Shown: positions 18,479 through 27,995 of the stretch, in pieces | Position numbering within the stretch: position 1 is the stretch's first letter | Layout of the letters: every line of letters begins with the position of its first letter | IMG/VR virus record: IMGVR_UViG_3300033433_000003 | Span: 1-52,959 of that record | Length of the DNA stretch: 52,959 bases | From: a virus | Lineage: Duplodnaviria; Caudoviricetes | Reading direction: 5' to 3' (one strand) | Notes under the pieces: model-generated | The model's database searches: none | What the model saw: the letters and a program-made list of their open reading frames with translations, nothing else | What the model was told of the DNA's origin: nothing | Program-made: the position numbers and the translations under genes

Positions 18479-18997
18479 ATACAAACTAATTGAATATAAT
18501 GTAAGTGTTGATTAAAAAGAGATTCCGTGCTTAAAACTATGTGACACAAACACAAATCTGGCTCCGGCGAACGAAAATTGATAAATCGTAATGTAAACCA
18601 TTAAAATCTCTTTGTATCACGACCGTCGAACGACGATTCAACAACCATCATCCACCTTCCAACGTCCTTGGATTTTGAACAATTTCCACATACAGCGGCG
18701 TTCCCCTATACATAGACAAATCCAAAAACTTTGAAACTTCCACAAACGCTGGCGTTCCCATTATCATTAACAGAAACATCAACTTTGTTAATGGAAATGA
18801 AAGTGGCCCCACGAACAGTGAACATCGGTCAACGACCATGTTAATGGTGCCGGCAATGTTAATGGTAATGAAAGCTCTCTCCCTCGAACGACGACCGGCG
18901 ACCGACGACGAACGTACATATAATAGGCGTGTTTTAACATCGTATACGGCGCTATCGCATTGCTCCCCGAGTATTTAGACGACCGAAAAACGAAGCC

Positions 18998-19096
18998 CGT
19001 ATAACGTGTATTTTTAATCAGATGCTATATTATGTTTAACCGGCTCGAAAAGTTATATTATATTAGGATTAAGAATAAGCAACAACTAAACGGAGA
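18998..19096 (+). repeat. 99-bp promoter/RBS cassette, copy 2
   Basis: Aligns without gaps to 12127-12225. Confidence 0.9.
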
Positions 19097-19101
19097 ATAG
19101 A

Positions 19102-19377
19102 ATGTCTTACAAATACGTTATTACCTTCGACGACGATTCAACTTCCAACTCCTCTCTCTTCGATACAGTCGAAGAAGTGTATGCCGCACTCCCTTTCGAT
19201 TGGAAGTATTATGAAGAAGTAATTGGAGGGGATAGAATTGAAGATGTAAAGTATTTGAAAGAGCAATTGGATTTGGAATGTGCAATATCGGTGTACGATG
19301 CAAGAATCCAGGATTTGTTTGCCATAAAGCCAATTGCCTATAATGTAGCTGATGTAACTATTGAAATTGTAAACTAA
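19102..19377 (+). CDS. small acidic early protein
   Basis: Directly behind the cassette; GGAG SD. Confidence 0.75.
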   Translation: MSYKYVITFDDDSTSNSSLFDTVEEVYAALPFDWKYYEEVIGGDRIEDVKYLKEQLDLECAISVYDARIQDLFAIKPIAYNVADVTIEIVN

Positions 19378-19392
19378 AAGGAGCAACGAACG

Positions 19393-19491
19393 ATGACCGA
19401 CAAACGATGGTCTTGGACCGTGGCATTGGCAATGATTGGCCTTGGGCTTGGCGTTACATTGATCGAATGGCTTGTGTATCATCCGATGTGA
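19393..19491 (+). CDS. 32-aa membrane peptide (not in ORF track)
   Basis: AAGGAG SD; MTDKRWSWTVALAMIGLGLGVTLIEWLVYHPM. Confidence 0.55.
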   Translation: MTDKRWSWTVALAMIGLGLGVTLIEWLVYHPM

Positions 19492-19570
19492 CGTTCCTGG
19501 AGCGCCGGTCGCGCGGCGTGTTTTTGGAAATTTTCATATACATGAGCGTTCCCGTATAGGTATGTCGAAA

Positions 19571-19730
19571 ATGTAAATGATTATGAATGATGTAAATGGC
19601 AATGAAAGTGAAATCTGATGGTAATGGAATGAAATGGCAATGAAAATGGAATGGAATGAAAATGGAATGAAAATGGAATGAAAATGGAATGAAAATGGAA
19701 TGAAAATGTTATGGGCAAGGGATGATGTAG
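19571..19730 (+). repeat. ATGGAATGAAA 11-bp satellite (5 perfect copies at 19651-19705 with degenerate flanks)
   Basis: Direct inspection. Confidence 0.95.
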
Positions 19731-19731
19731 G

Positions 19732-19802
19732 TATACCTATACCCGGTAGGGGTATATACCTATACCCGGCAGGGGTATATACTGATACCCGGTAGGGGTA
19801 TA
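19732..19802. repeat. 3 x 23-bp tandem repeat TATACCTATACCCGGTAGGGGTA, each containing the inverted repeat TATACCC-N5-GGGTATA
   Basis: Direct inspection; 1-2 mismatches in copies 2 and 3. Confidence 0.95.
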
Positions 19803-19956
19803 AGCAAGGGCAAGGGACTTTGAAATAAAAAGTTATTATATCGAAAGTTTTTTACGAAAAAGTTAGGTTAATTCGATTTTTCGCCGTACTATTAAGGAGA
19901 AGGAACGGCAAGGTAGCCCGCCCTTCCCTATAACTAATAACTAAAAGGAGCGCAAA

Positions 19957-20427
19957 ATGCAGAACGCAAACGCAAACGTCGAAGCAGTCGAGATCGCAAG
20001 GCACTATAAAGCAAATCCCGAAGAGGAAATAAAAACGGCGATCGGGATCGGAGTAGCGAAGAGCTACGATAACCCTGCTATCGCTGCCGCCCGCAAGGTA
20101 AGGAGAGGCGTATACGTAACCGTAGGAGATGCCGCGCCCGCCTATTACGAAAGCACGTATAAAGCCTTTACCGGTCTTAAAATTCCCGCTTCCGTAGGGC
20201 AAATTATTGCTTTTCGCGGTCGCTTACGCAAGCCGGAAAACGCTGCCGGTCTGCCTTTTAAGGTCGGAGAGGTAACGTATTTCTTCTCCGATACGGAACG
20301 CATTCCTGCGAAGCCGAAAGCCGAAACGGTCGCACCGGAAGCCGCACCGGAAGCCGCACCGGAACCGGAAGCCGCACCGGAACCGGAAGCCGCACCGAAA
20401 AAGGGAAGGCGATCCGCGAAGAAATAA
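19957..20427 (+). CDS. putative DNA-binding early protein with APE(PE)A repeat tail; lies in the TGD/HCA-free island
   Basis: AAGGAG SD, KSYDNPAIAAARKVRRG core shared with 17766, own terminator. Confidence 0.85.
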   Translation: MQNANANVEAVEIARHYKANPEEEIKTAIGIGVAKSYDNPAIAAARKVRRGVYVTVGDAAPAYYESTYKAFTGLKIPASVGQIIAFRGRLRKPENAAGLPFKVGEVTYFFSDTERIPAKPKAETVAPEAAPEAAPEPEAAPEPEAAPKKGRRSAKK

Positions 20428-20447
20428 ACGACGACCGACCCGACGAC

Positions 20448-20479
20448 GAACCCCGCCCGCGAAGCGGGGTTTTTCGTTT
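20448..20479 (+). terminator. rho-independent terminator
   Basis: AACCCCGC-CCGCGAA-GCGGGGTT plus T-run. Confidence 0.8.
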
Positions 20480-20751
20480 CCCGTTTCGGCGGTTTGGAGC
20501 GCCCTCCCCATACCGATATACGGCGAACGGTGGCAGGTAAGTTAAACTAATTTAACTTTTTATAACAGGCTCATCGATCAACGAACCACATTCCCCGGAA
20601 ACAGTCCATTTTTCAACTTTCTCAGATCACCGAATCACGATTTTTATTTTTTCTGTACAAACTTTTGTTTCAAAAAGGCAATTTGCTTTTTATTAAAAAA
20701 ATTCGTATATTGCTTAATGGACATATTCAACAACAATAGTATCCATTGACC

Positions 20752-21414
20752 ATGGCAAACATAAAAGCAACGTTTGAAGTCACAAGACATCTTACTGAAG
20801 AAGAAGAAGACAGGAAAGCAGCACTACAAGTTCATGATCCTCACGCCGATATACCATTAGCACCAATAAAGCCGAAGCCCGCGACATGGGCTAAAGGTTC
20901 AAAACTCACGGACAAGAACGGTGAGCCAATCAGGAAGAAGGGCGTGCGTAACAAGCGATCTTTGGAAATCATAAGATCCATTGAAGAAGCATGTAGACTA
21001 CTTGGCGCCACCATGGAAGAGGATATCAAAGCGCTTTCACCTCTGAAACGAATGGAGATGTGGTGTAATCTTCAGGAATACCTGAGACCGAGGTTGGCGC
21101 GAGTGGAACAGACTGGCGAAGGAGGCGGACCACTCAACCACCGACACACCATCATCACCAGGCCACACGGAACTCCTGGAATTTCAGGCAATGCAGTCAA
21201 CCATAACTCTATCCAAGAAGGAGAGCCACATGAAGCCGCGCTGTTAAGTCATGGTGACATCGTTGATGAAGACGGTGTCGGGTTTGCTCAGACCGTGGTG
21301 ACGCACGTGAATCACGAGACAGGCAGTATCGTGCAGCATGTAGCCACGGTCAGACAACTTCCTTTGGACTGCAAGGTTCCTGAAGGTGAAACAGAAGTGG
21401 AGATAATATCATGA
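20752..21414 (+). CDS. terS: terminase small subunit (putative)
   Basis: KGVRNKRS, EYLRPRLARVEQTGEGGGPL; lies upstream of TerL. Confidence 0.7.
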   Translation: MANIKATFEVTRHLTEEEEDRKAALQVHDPHADIPLAPIKPKPATWAKGSKLTDKNGEPIRKKGVRNKRSLEIIRSIEEACRLLGATMEEDIKALSPLKRMEMWCNLQEYLRPRLARVEQTGEGGGPLNHRHTIITRPHGTPGISGNAVNHNSIQEGEPHEAALLSHGDIVDEDGVGFAQTVVTHVNHETGSIVQHVATVRQLPLDCKVPEGETEVEIIS

Positions 21415-21710
21415 CAGATATGAGTAAAATGACGATCGACGACCATTTTTATGGCGAGGGAAATGTAATCAAAATGAGGAAAGAGGATATTCATAGCGCC
21501 TGCGACCCTTTGATCGCAATGCTGAAGCATTTTGGAGTGAAAATTGATGACCTTTGCTCGGTGACCATCTCGGCAAATGGCGAAAATTATGGCATGGTAC
21601 ACATTGATTGCAAGTACCAATACACCAATTCAACAGGCGAATTTGGCTTTGAAAAGGTCAAATACAAGGTGGAAATCGACCGAAAATCGGAAGATCAGGA
21701 CGTTGAATGA
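21411..21710 (+). CDS. hypothetical protein
   Basis: ATGA-coupled between terS and terL. Confidence 0.65.
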   Translation: MTDMSKMTIDDHFYGEGNVIKMRKEDIHSACDPLIAMLKHFGVKIDDLCSVTISANGENYGMVHIDCKYQYTNSTGEFGFEKVKYKVEIDRKSEDQDVE

Positions 21711-23023
21711 TGATAAATGATCAAAATACATACGAAAATCCTGAAGAAGAGTTTGATGAGGATTTCGAGGATTATGAAGAAGATAGTCCTGACAGTGAAA
21801 GTCAGTTTATACTGAACTATCACGTGTATTTTGATCCAATTTATAATCCTGACAATCCGAACTACAAACGGCGATACATGATTTGGTATGGCGGCAGGGC
21901 TGGCCGCAAATCATGGGAGATTGCTCGTGGACTGCTGTTAAGATCGGCAAGTTCCAAGCTAAGAATTGTTTGCGCTCGTGAATTCCAGAATTCCATAGCT
22001 GATTCAGTTCTGAAGTTGTTGGAAGATCAGATTGGAATCATGGGAATGGAGAAGGAGTTCGATGTTCAACGAACGACGATCTACCATAAATACACAGGCT
22101 CTCAGTTCATTTTCAAGGGTTTGGCTAAAGCCAACATACAAGCTCTGAAATCATTGGAAGGCGCTGACTTGTGCTGGGTTGAAGAGGCTCAGGTTGTCAG
22201 TGAAGATAGCTGGAAAATCTTGACTCCTACCATTCGTAAGCCAGGTTCTCAGATCATAATCAGTCTGAACCCTGAGCTTGCTGAGGATCCAACCAGCGTG
22301 AGATACTTGATTAACACTCCGCCGAACTCCTACATATGTAAGATCAATTATACAGACAATATCGACTGCACGCCTGAAATCATCGAAGAAGCTGAATGGT
22401 GTAAAATCACCGATTTGGATGCATATAAGCATGTTTGGCTTGGTGAATTCAGGAAGGCGAGCGACGCTCAAATTCTGAAAGACAAGTGGATTGTTGATCG
22501 TTTTGAGCCTAAAGCAACATGGGATGGACCTTATTATGGAATGGACTTTGGATTCAGCACAGATCCTATGGCTTGTGTTGAAGTTTGGGTTGATTCTATT
22601 GCAAGAAAGTTGTATGTAAGGAGAGAGTCCGTGCGTAGAGGTGTTGAGGTTGAAGAGATGGAAGAACACATTACCAAAATGCCAGGCTCCAAAAGGTTTT
22701 TGCATAGGGCTGATAATGCAAGGCCTGAATTGATAAGCTATTTGAACTTACAAGGCTTTAATGTCGTTGCTGCACAAAAGTGGCAAGGGTCGATAGAAGA
22801 TGGAATAACATTCCTTAGATCATTTATCCAGATTGTAATACATCCTGATTGCAAAAACACAGAATTTGAATGCAAGTATTACAGTTACAAGATTGATAAG
22901 CTTACAGGCGAAGTAACAACCAACATAGTTGATAAGCATAATCACTGCATTGACGCTATACGTTATGCAATTGAGCCAATCGTAACAAGAAAGTTCATTA
23001 ATTATAAAAATTGGGTTAAATGA
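21707..23023 (+). CDS. terL: terminase large subunit, PBSX family
   Basis: YGGRAGRKS, CAREFQNSI, WVEEAQ, PTIRKPGS, GMDFGFSTDP, NHCIDAIRYA. Confidence 0.95.
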   Translation: MMINDQNTYENPEEEFDEDFEDYEEDSPDSESQFILNYHVYFDPIYNPDNPNYKRRYMIWYGGRAGRKSWEIARGLLLRSASSKLRIVCAREFQNSIADSVLKLLEDQIGIMGMEKEFDVQRTTIYHKYTGSQFIFKGLAKANIQALKSLEGADLCWVEEAQVVSEDSWKILTPTIRKPGSQIIISLNPELAEDPTSVRYLINTPPNSYICKINYTDNIDCTPEIIEEAEWCKITDLDAYKHVWLGEFRKASDAQILKDKWIVDRFEPKATWDGPYYGMDFGFSTDPMACVEVWVDSIARKLYVRRESVRRGVEVEEMEEHITKMPGSKRFLHRADNARPELISYLNLQGFNVVAAQKWQGSIEDGITFLRSFIQIVIHPDCKNTEFECKYYSYKIDKLTGEVTTNIVDKHNHCIDAIRYAIEPIVTRKFINYKNWVK

Positions 23024-24423
23024 AAAACAACGGCGAGGAAATTGTAGCAAATGTCAAAATATTTGATAAGCTTATCAATCTTGTTTCTGGAATAGGAAAT
23101 TCAAGGGATAAAACCAGTTACAACAAGAATATAATTGCTCAAAAGCTTACTCATGACGAACTTCTCGCTTTGTATTGCGACAACTGGGTTGCCGGTAAAG
23201 CTGTCGACATTTACGCTGAAGATATGGTCAGAAAATGGCGCAAATACAAGGGTGATCCCGAAAAAATAAAGTTGATTCAAGAAGAAGAAAAGCGAATTGG
23301 CCTCAAAGTCAAAATAGCCGACGCCGTGCGCTGGTCGAGACTCTATGGAGGTTCAGCAATCATACCTGTATTCAAGGGCGATACAAATCTTACGATCAGA
23401 ATGCCTCTTGACATAAATAGGGTGAAGAAAGGGTCGTTGGTCAAATTTTTGGTTGTTGATAGAACACTTCTGAATCCGAGCGGAATGATACAGCTCGATC
23501 CGTTCAAAGATAACTTTGGAGAGCCTGAACTGTATTCGATGGCAGGAAATGTTTCAGGAATTCACCATTCAAGGGTTTTCAAATTCTATGGAGTTGATCT
23601 TCCATATGCCGCAAAGCAGTTGAATAACTATTGGGGCGACAGCATTATTCAAAGGATGTATGAGACCATCAACAATGCTGGAACTACATTCAATTCAGTC
23701 GCTCAGATGATGCTTGAGATGGTAACCGACATCATCAAAATTCCGAACTTATCTTCACTTCTCTCCTCAAAAGATGAAACTGACTCAATTATTGAGCGTT
23801 TCAATATCATGAAGCTTCTTGGAAGCATATCTCAGGTCAAAATACTTGATCAGCAAGAAGAATATGAAAGGAAACAAATACAGATGACTGGAGTTAATGA
23901 CATCATAACTCAGCAGCTGACCATGGTTTCTGCATCTTCAAGTATTCCTGTAACAAGGTTCATTGGCACGAGTCCACGCGGTATGAACGCGACAGGAGAA
24001 AGTGATCTTGAGATACATTACGAGAACGTTCACTCGAAACAAGAGACTGATTTAAGGCCGAATCTGGAATCTTTTGACAAAATCATTCAGATGAACCTTT
24101 TCGGAAGTCTTGTTGATAATTACTCATTTGAGTTCCTTCCACTTTACATGCAGGATGGAAGAGAGATGGCTGAAACTGAGCAGATCAACTCCAATGCTCG
24201 TGATACATATATCAAATCTGGAGTTCTTACGGTCAAGTCTGTCGCACAAAAGCTCATTGATGAAGGATGGACAATTTCTCCTGATCATATGAAAAAGCTT
24301 GATGAACTTGATCAGAAGACAATGGAAAGATTGATGAATCCTCCAGAAAAAGTACCAAACGCTGTGGCGAAAAATGAGCCTGGAAAACCAAGCAAAGATC
24401 CAAAAAACCTTGTAAAAACCTAA
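23020..24423 (+). CDS. portal protein, DUF1073 family
   Basis: Follows TerL; WSRLYGGS, IHHSRV, IPVTRFIGTSPRGMNATGESD. Confidence 0.9.
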   Translation: MKNNGEEIVANVKIFDKLINLVSGIGNSRDKTSYNKNIIAQKLTHDELLALYCDNWVAGKAVDIYAEDMVRKWRKYKGDPEKIKLIQEEEKRIGLKVKIADAVRWSRLYGGSAIIPVFKGDTNLTIRMPLDINRVKKGSLVKFLVVDRTLLNPSGMIQLDPFKDNFGEPELYSMAGNVSGIHHSRVFKFYGVDLPYAAKQLNNYWGDSIIQRMYETINNAGTTFNSVAQMMLEMVTDIIKIPNLSSLLSSKDETDSIIERFNIMKLLGSISQVKILDQQEEYERKQIQMTGVNDIITQQLTMVSASSSIPVTRFIGTSPRGMNATGESDLEIHYENVHSKQETDLRPNLESFDKIIQMNLFGSLVDNYSFEFLPLYMQDGREMAETEQINSNARDTYIKSGVLTVKSVAQKLIDEGWTISPDHMKKLDELDQKTMERLMNPPEKVPNAVAKNEPGKPSKDPKNLVKT

Positions 24424-24442
24424 TAGGTATCTCTCTAAACTT

Positions 24443-24551
24443 TGCCTGCCTTGTGTATTCCCTATAAAAGATTTTAATAAAATAGTATTATTTCTGCTGT
24501 AAAAGGGATTAATTTATTTAGTTAAAAACTTTAGATATAACAAGGCAGGCA
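24443..24551. repeat. AT-rich element bounded by a 12-bp inverted repeat TGCCTGCCTTGT (copy 2)
   Basis: Shares CCTGCCTTGTGTATTCCCTATAAAAGATTTTA with 16981-17012. Confidence 0.85.
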
Positions 24552-24655
24552 TAGGCCGGAGTCGTGCCAAAGGTTATGTAAAAAATAATTAAAAAATAAT
24601 TTTTAATTTACTGGGAAAAATATTATATTACTCTTAACAGCAACATATACATTGC

Positions 24656-25813
24656 ATGAATAAAACAGTTTACATCACCGATAGCCAATCTTTGGGTAGT
24701 CACATTATTACCTCTGAAGGTTATCTCATCGCTGATGTTGACTTTGCAAGGATTGGTGTTCAGAATTACATGAACGCTGAACTTGGCATGATTCTTCCAA
24801 ATGCTCCGGCAAATGCAGTGTTCGGCCTTTACAGATCAGAAGAAGAGGTTTTCAATAAGGATTCAATGTCCTCATTTGAATTAATCCCTTTGACTGAACA
24901 GCACCCTGATGAATTCCTTGATTCAGACTCAGCAAAATACCATATGGTAGGAACAACCGGCCAGAATGCAAGACGCCATGGTGAAATGCTTTGCAACACA
25001 ATCAAGGTTATCGACAGAAATGTTGTCGATGCCATAATCAAAGGTGGAAAAAATCAGTTCTCGGCAGGTTATAATTCAAGGATCGTATACAAACCTGGCG
25101 TTTATAAAGGCGCCAAGTATCATTTTGTTCAGGAAAATATCAGAGGAAACCATCTTGCTGTTGCGCTCGACAACGCGAGGTGCGGTAATAAATGTTCACT
25201 AAAAGATTCAAATTCCATGGCAAACATTGCTGAGTCACTTACAGTAACAGTCAGTCTGTCAGATTCCGACAAGGAGTTTCTTGCTGGCGTCGAAGCATCA
25301 ATCAAAGATGCTGAAGAAAAACTCATCGAGTCATCAGTAAAGCTTGCTGATGCAGAAACCAAGCTTGCAGAAACTGAAGCAAAACTTGCTGATGCCGAAG
25401 CCAAAGCCGCGAAGATTCAGACTGACTGGGATTCGTGCAAACAGGTGAAGGATGCTGAAATCGCAACCATTCAGGCAAGTCTTGACGCAGCAAATGTGAA
25501 AATTGCTGACACATCTTTAATCGAAAAAATGGTTGACGAAAGGGTGAAGACAATCGTCGATTGCATCAGCATCATGCCTGACATCGACAGGAAGCTTTCG
25601 GACTCTGAAATGAAAAAGGCTGTGGTCATTGCCAAATGTCCTGATCTGAAAGATTCGATCGATGAAAAGTCTGCCGAATACATCAACGCTCGTTTTGATG
25701 TTCTTCTCACAACCAACATCGTCGATGCATTCCAGGTAAAGCCTGATGAAAATCAGAAGAGCGACCTGGTTGACTCCCAGGCTGTAAGGCAGAAAAGGAT
25801 CGATGGAAAGTAA
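24656..25813 (+). CDS. DUF2213 head maturation protease/scaffold
   Basis: EGYL...ARIGVQ.Y, YRSEEEVF, PLTEQHP, SAGY, IRGNHLAV...ARCG; coiled-coil C-terminus. Confidence 0.9.
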   Translation: MNKTVYITDSQSLGSHIITSEGYLIADVDFARIGVQNYMNAELGMILPNAPANAVFGLYRSEEEVFNKDSMSSFELIPLTEQHPDEFLDSDSAKYHMVGTTGQNARRHGEMLCNTIKVIDRNVVDAIIKGGKNQFSAGYNSRIVYKPGVYKGAKYHFVQENIRGNHLAVALDNARCGNKCSLKDSNSMANIAESLTVTVSLSDSDKEFLAGVEASIKDAEEKLIESSVKLADAETKLAETEAKLADAEAKAAKIQTDWDSCKQVKDAEIATIQASLDAANVKIADTSLIEKMVDERVKTIVDCISIMPDIDRKLSDSEMKKAVVIAKCPDLKDSIDEKSAEYINARFDVLLTTNIVDAFQVKPDENQKSDLVDSQAVRQKRIDGK

Positions 25814-25843
25814 TTAAAATAAACACTTGTAAAGGAGTCAATT

Positions 25844-26338
25844 ATGTCCGGTCAGATTCAGGTTACTTACCCAAAGACTATGGTTCAGGCTATTCCTGGC
25901 CTTATCTATGGTAATGAATTCACGACAACAACGAGGATCGCTGAAGCCGACATTCCGTTTGGCTATGCAGTCAAGCGCGGCACTGACAAAGATCGTCAAG
26001 CTTTGGTCGGCGGTGGCGCAGATTTTCTTGGCGTTCTCGTTCACACCCTTTCGCCTCAGGCATCGTACACCGATCAGACGATCAAAGGCTATGCAAACCA
26101 TGGCATCGACATTCTTCGTGAAGGCATGGTGATGGCCTCACCTTCCAATGCCGTAACTGCTGGCGACAAGGTTGCCATCAATACCTCGACTGGCCGATTC
26201 AAAGGTGGAGAAGCGGCTGTCGGCGAAACTCAGGTTTCCAACGCATTCTGGGATTCCAGCTGTGATGCTGATGGCTTTGCCATTCTCGTCATGGGTCTCG
26301 GCGCTGTCGGCACTGTCGCTGTCGCTGTCGCTCCGTAA
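25844..26338 (+). CDS. head decoration/cement protein
   Basis: Between scaffold and MCP; IPFGYAV, FLGV. Confidence 0.75.
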   Translation: MSGQIQVTYPKTMVQAIPGLIYGNEFTTTTRIAEADIPFGYAVKRGTDKDRQALVGGGADFLGVLVHTLSPQASYTDQTIKGYANHGIDILREGMVMASPSNAVTAGDKVAINTSTGRFKGGEAAVGETQVSNAFWDSSCDADGFAILVMGLGAVGTVAVAVAP

Positions 26339-26372
26339 TATTCATCAACCGTAAACAACAACACCAAAAACG

Positions 26373-27383
26373 ATGCCAAGAATTATCCAAGTAAAAGACA
26401 GCAAAGGCAAGAATGTCGAGATTGTCGACAACTACGGTGTGATGAACACTACGCTTGCCCTGAATGATGCCGATACAGGCATCTTCTTCGCCCGACAGCT
26501 GGAACTCAGAATGTCCAAAGCATTCGAGATGCTGTATCCCCAGTTCCCCGCAAGGTCACTCTTCCCGATCAACAACCAGGGTGGACCGTGGGTTGATCAG
26601 ATCGTCGCTGAATGGTTCGACAAGGTCGGAAAGGCCCAGATCGGCACTGGCGAAGAGAAATCAATGCCGCGAGCCGACATCAAGGGTGGCGAGGTCAAAT
26701 CGTCTGTTCGTCCCATCGTTACCAGCTTCGGCTATTCCTGGCTGGAAATCCAGCGAGCCATGTCAACCGGCCGTGATCTCGAACAGCGCCGCGCCAATGC
26801 TGCCATCTTCGCCTTCGAACAGCTTCTGAATCAGATCGCATTCTATGGCGATGCTGACGCCGGTCTGGAAGGATTCCTCACCAATACCAACATTCCTGTC
26901 AACAGCGCATCTGCTGATGGAACTGGCAATCACACCACCTTCGTCTCCAAGACGCCTGACACCATCGTTCAGAACATCAACAGCTGCATGAGCAAGCCGT
27001 GGATCGATTCCGGCATGATCCATACGCCGAACAGACTTCTGATGCCTCCGACTCAGTACGAATACATCGCATCCACCAAGATGTCGACATACAGTGATCA
27101 GACCATCCTGAGCTACCTGGAGACAAGCAATCGCTGGTTCAAAGGCGGAAAGGCTCAGATCATGCCTGTGAACGAACTCGCTGGCGGTTGCCCTGGCACG
27201 AAAACTGACTGCATGATCGCGTATGATTTCAATCCCGACATGTTGGAAATGTATCTGCCCTACCCCCAGAACTTCTTCCCTGTTCAGCTGGAAGGCTTCC
27301 AGTACACCGTGCCTTCCATCGGCTTCACCGGTGGCGTCGTCGTGCGCTATCCGAAGTCAATGAACATCGTCGGAGGTATCTGA
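26373..27383 (+). CDS. major capsid protein, DUF2184 family
   Basis: FFARQLE, FGYSWLEIQRA, AFYGD...GLEGFL, GGVVVRYP. Confidence 0.92.
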   Translation: MPRIIQVKDSKGKNVEIVDNYGVMNTTLALNDADTGIFFARQLELRMSKAFEMLYPQFPARSLFPINNQGGPWVDQIVAEWFDKVGKAQIGTGEEKSMPRADIKGGEVKSSVRPIVTSFGYSWLEIQRAMSTGRDLEQRRANAAIFAFEQLLNQIAFYGDADAGLEGFLTNTNIPVNSASADGTGNHTTFVSKTPDTIVQNINSCMSKPWIDSGMIHTPNRLLMPPTQYEYIASTKMSTYSDQTILSYLETSNRWFKGGKAQIMPVNELAGGCPGTKTDCMIAYDFNPDMLEMYLPYPQNFFPVQLEGFQYTVPSIGFTGGVVVRYPKSMNIVGGI

Positions 27384-27613
27384 TGAACAAGCTGATCAGT
27401 AAAAGCAGATACAACATCGGCTTCATGCTGTTCGGCATCGATGAGAGTGGAGTCAGGGTCAACGAGCGCGGCTTTGCAGTGATATCTGGTGAAAATCTGA
27501 TTTCAGAAGCGGAACTCAAAGACCTTGAACTCCAACCTCTTTTCAACAAGTGCATTTGTGATGGCACTTTCGTGGTCGAAAAAATCGGAACTGAAAAGCC
27601 AGAAGAAGCCTGA
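27383..27613 (+). CDS. small head-region protein
   Basis: Coupled to the MCP stop. Confidence 0.65.
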   Translation: MNKLISKSRYNIGFMLFGIDESGVRVNERGFAVISGENLISEAELKDLELQPLFNKCICDGTFVVEKIGTEKPEEA

Positions 27614-27614
27614 A

Positions 27615-27995
27615 ATGGACAAATTGGGATTGCTCGCCATCTACCCTGAATTTGAATCTGAGGAATTGTATCCTGAGATAAGAGTCGATGGCGCAATTTC
27701 AAATGCTATGGATGAGATATCAGAAGAAAAGTGGGGAATATATTATGTAAGAGGTGTATATGCTTTGGCGGCACACTTTCTTTCATTAAGATCGATTATT
27801 GCTTCAGCTGGAACTCAAGGTCGAGCTGATCTGGTATCTTCAACGATGGACGATGGAACAAGAATGGACTTTATGGGAAGAGGATCAAGCCAAAAGCTTG
27901 CAAAGCCTCTTGAAAAAACAGAATATGGTCACGAATATTTAAGGTTGATGGAAATTGTGGCTTATAAACAGCCAAGGCAAACAATTGCTTACTGA
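27615..27995 (+). CDS. head-tail adaptor, DUF4054-like
   Basis: YPEF, LAAHFL, TEYGHEY. Confidence 0.8.
   Translation: MDKLGLLAIYPEFESEELYPEIRVDGAISNAMDEISEEKWGIYYVRGVYALAAHFLSLRSIIASAGTQGRADLVSSTMDDGTRMDFMGRGSSQKLAKPLEKTEYGHEYLRLMEIVAYKQPRQTIAY

Noticed and set aside
19571-19802. CRISPR or mini-array
   Set aside because: The repeats are head-to-tail with no unique spacers, and there are no cas genes.
19824-20494. Island explained by CpG deamination bias or by Ssp-type CCA phosphorothioation
   Set aside because: Escape from deamination would not give zero TGD while sparing TGC, nor force Trp to Tyr changes. A CCA-only motif does not explain the loss of TCA and ACA. Not formally excluded without computation.
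20224-20511. Antisense ORF with (FRCG)n repeats and other opposite-strand ORFs in the track
   Set aside because: These are shadows of the real genes, with no RBS or operon context.
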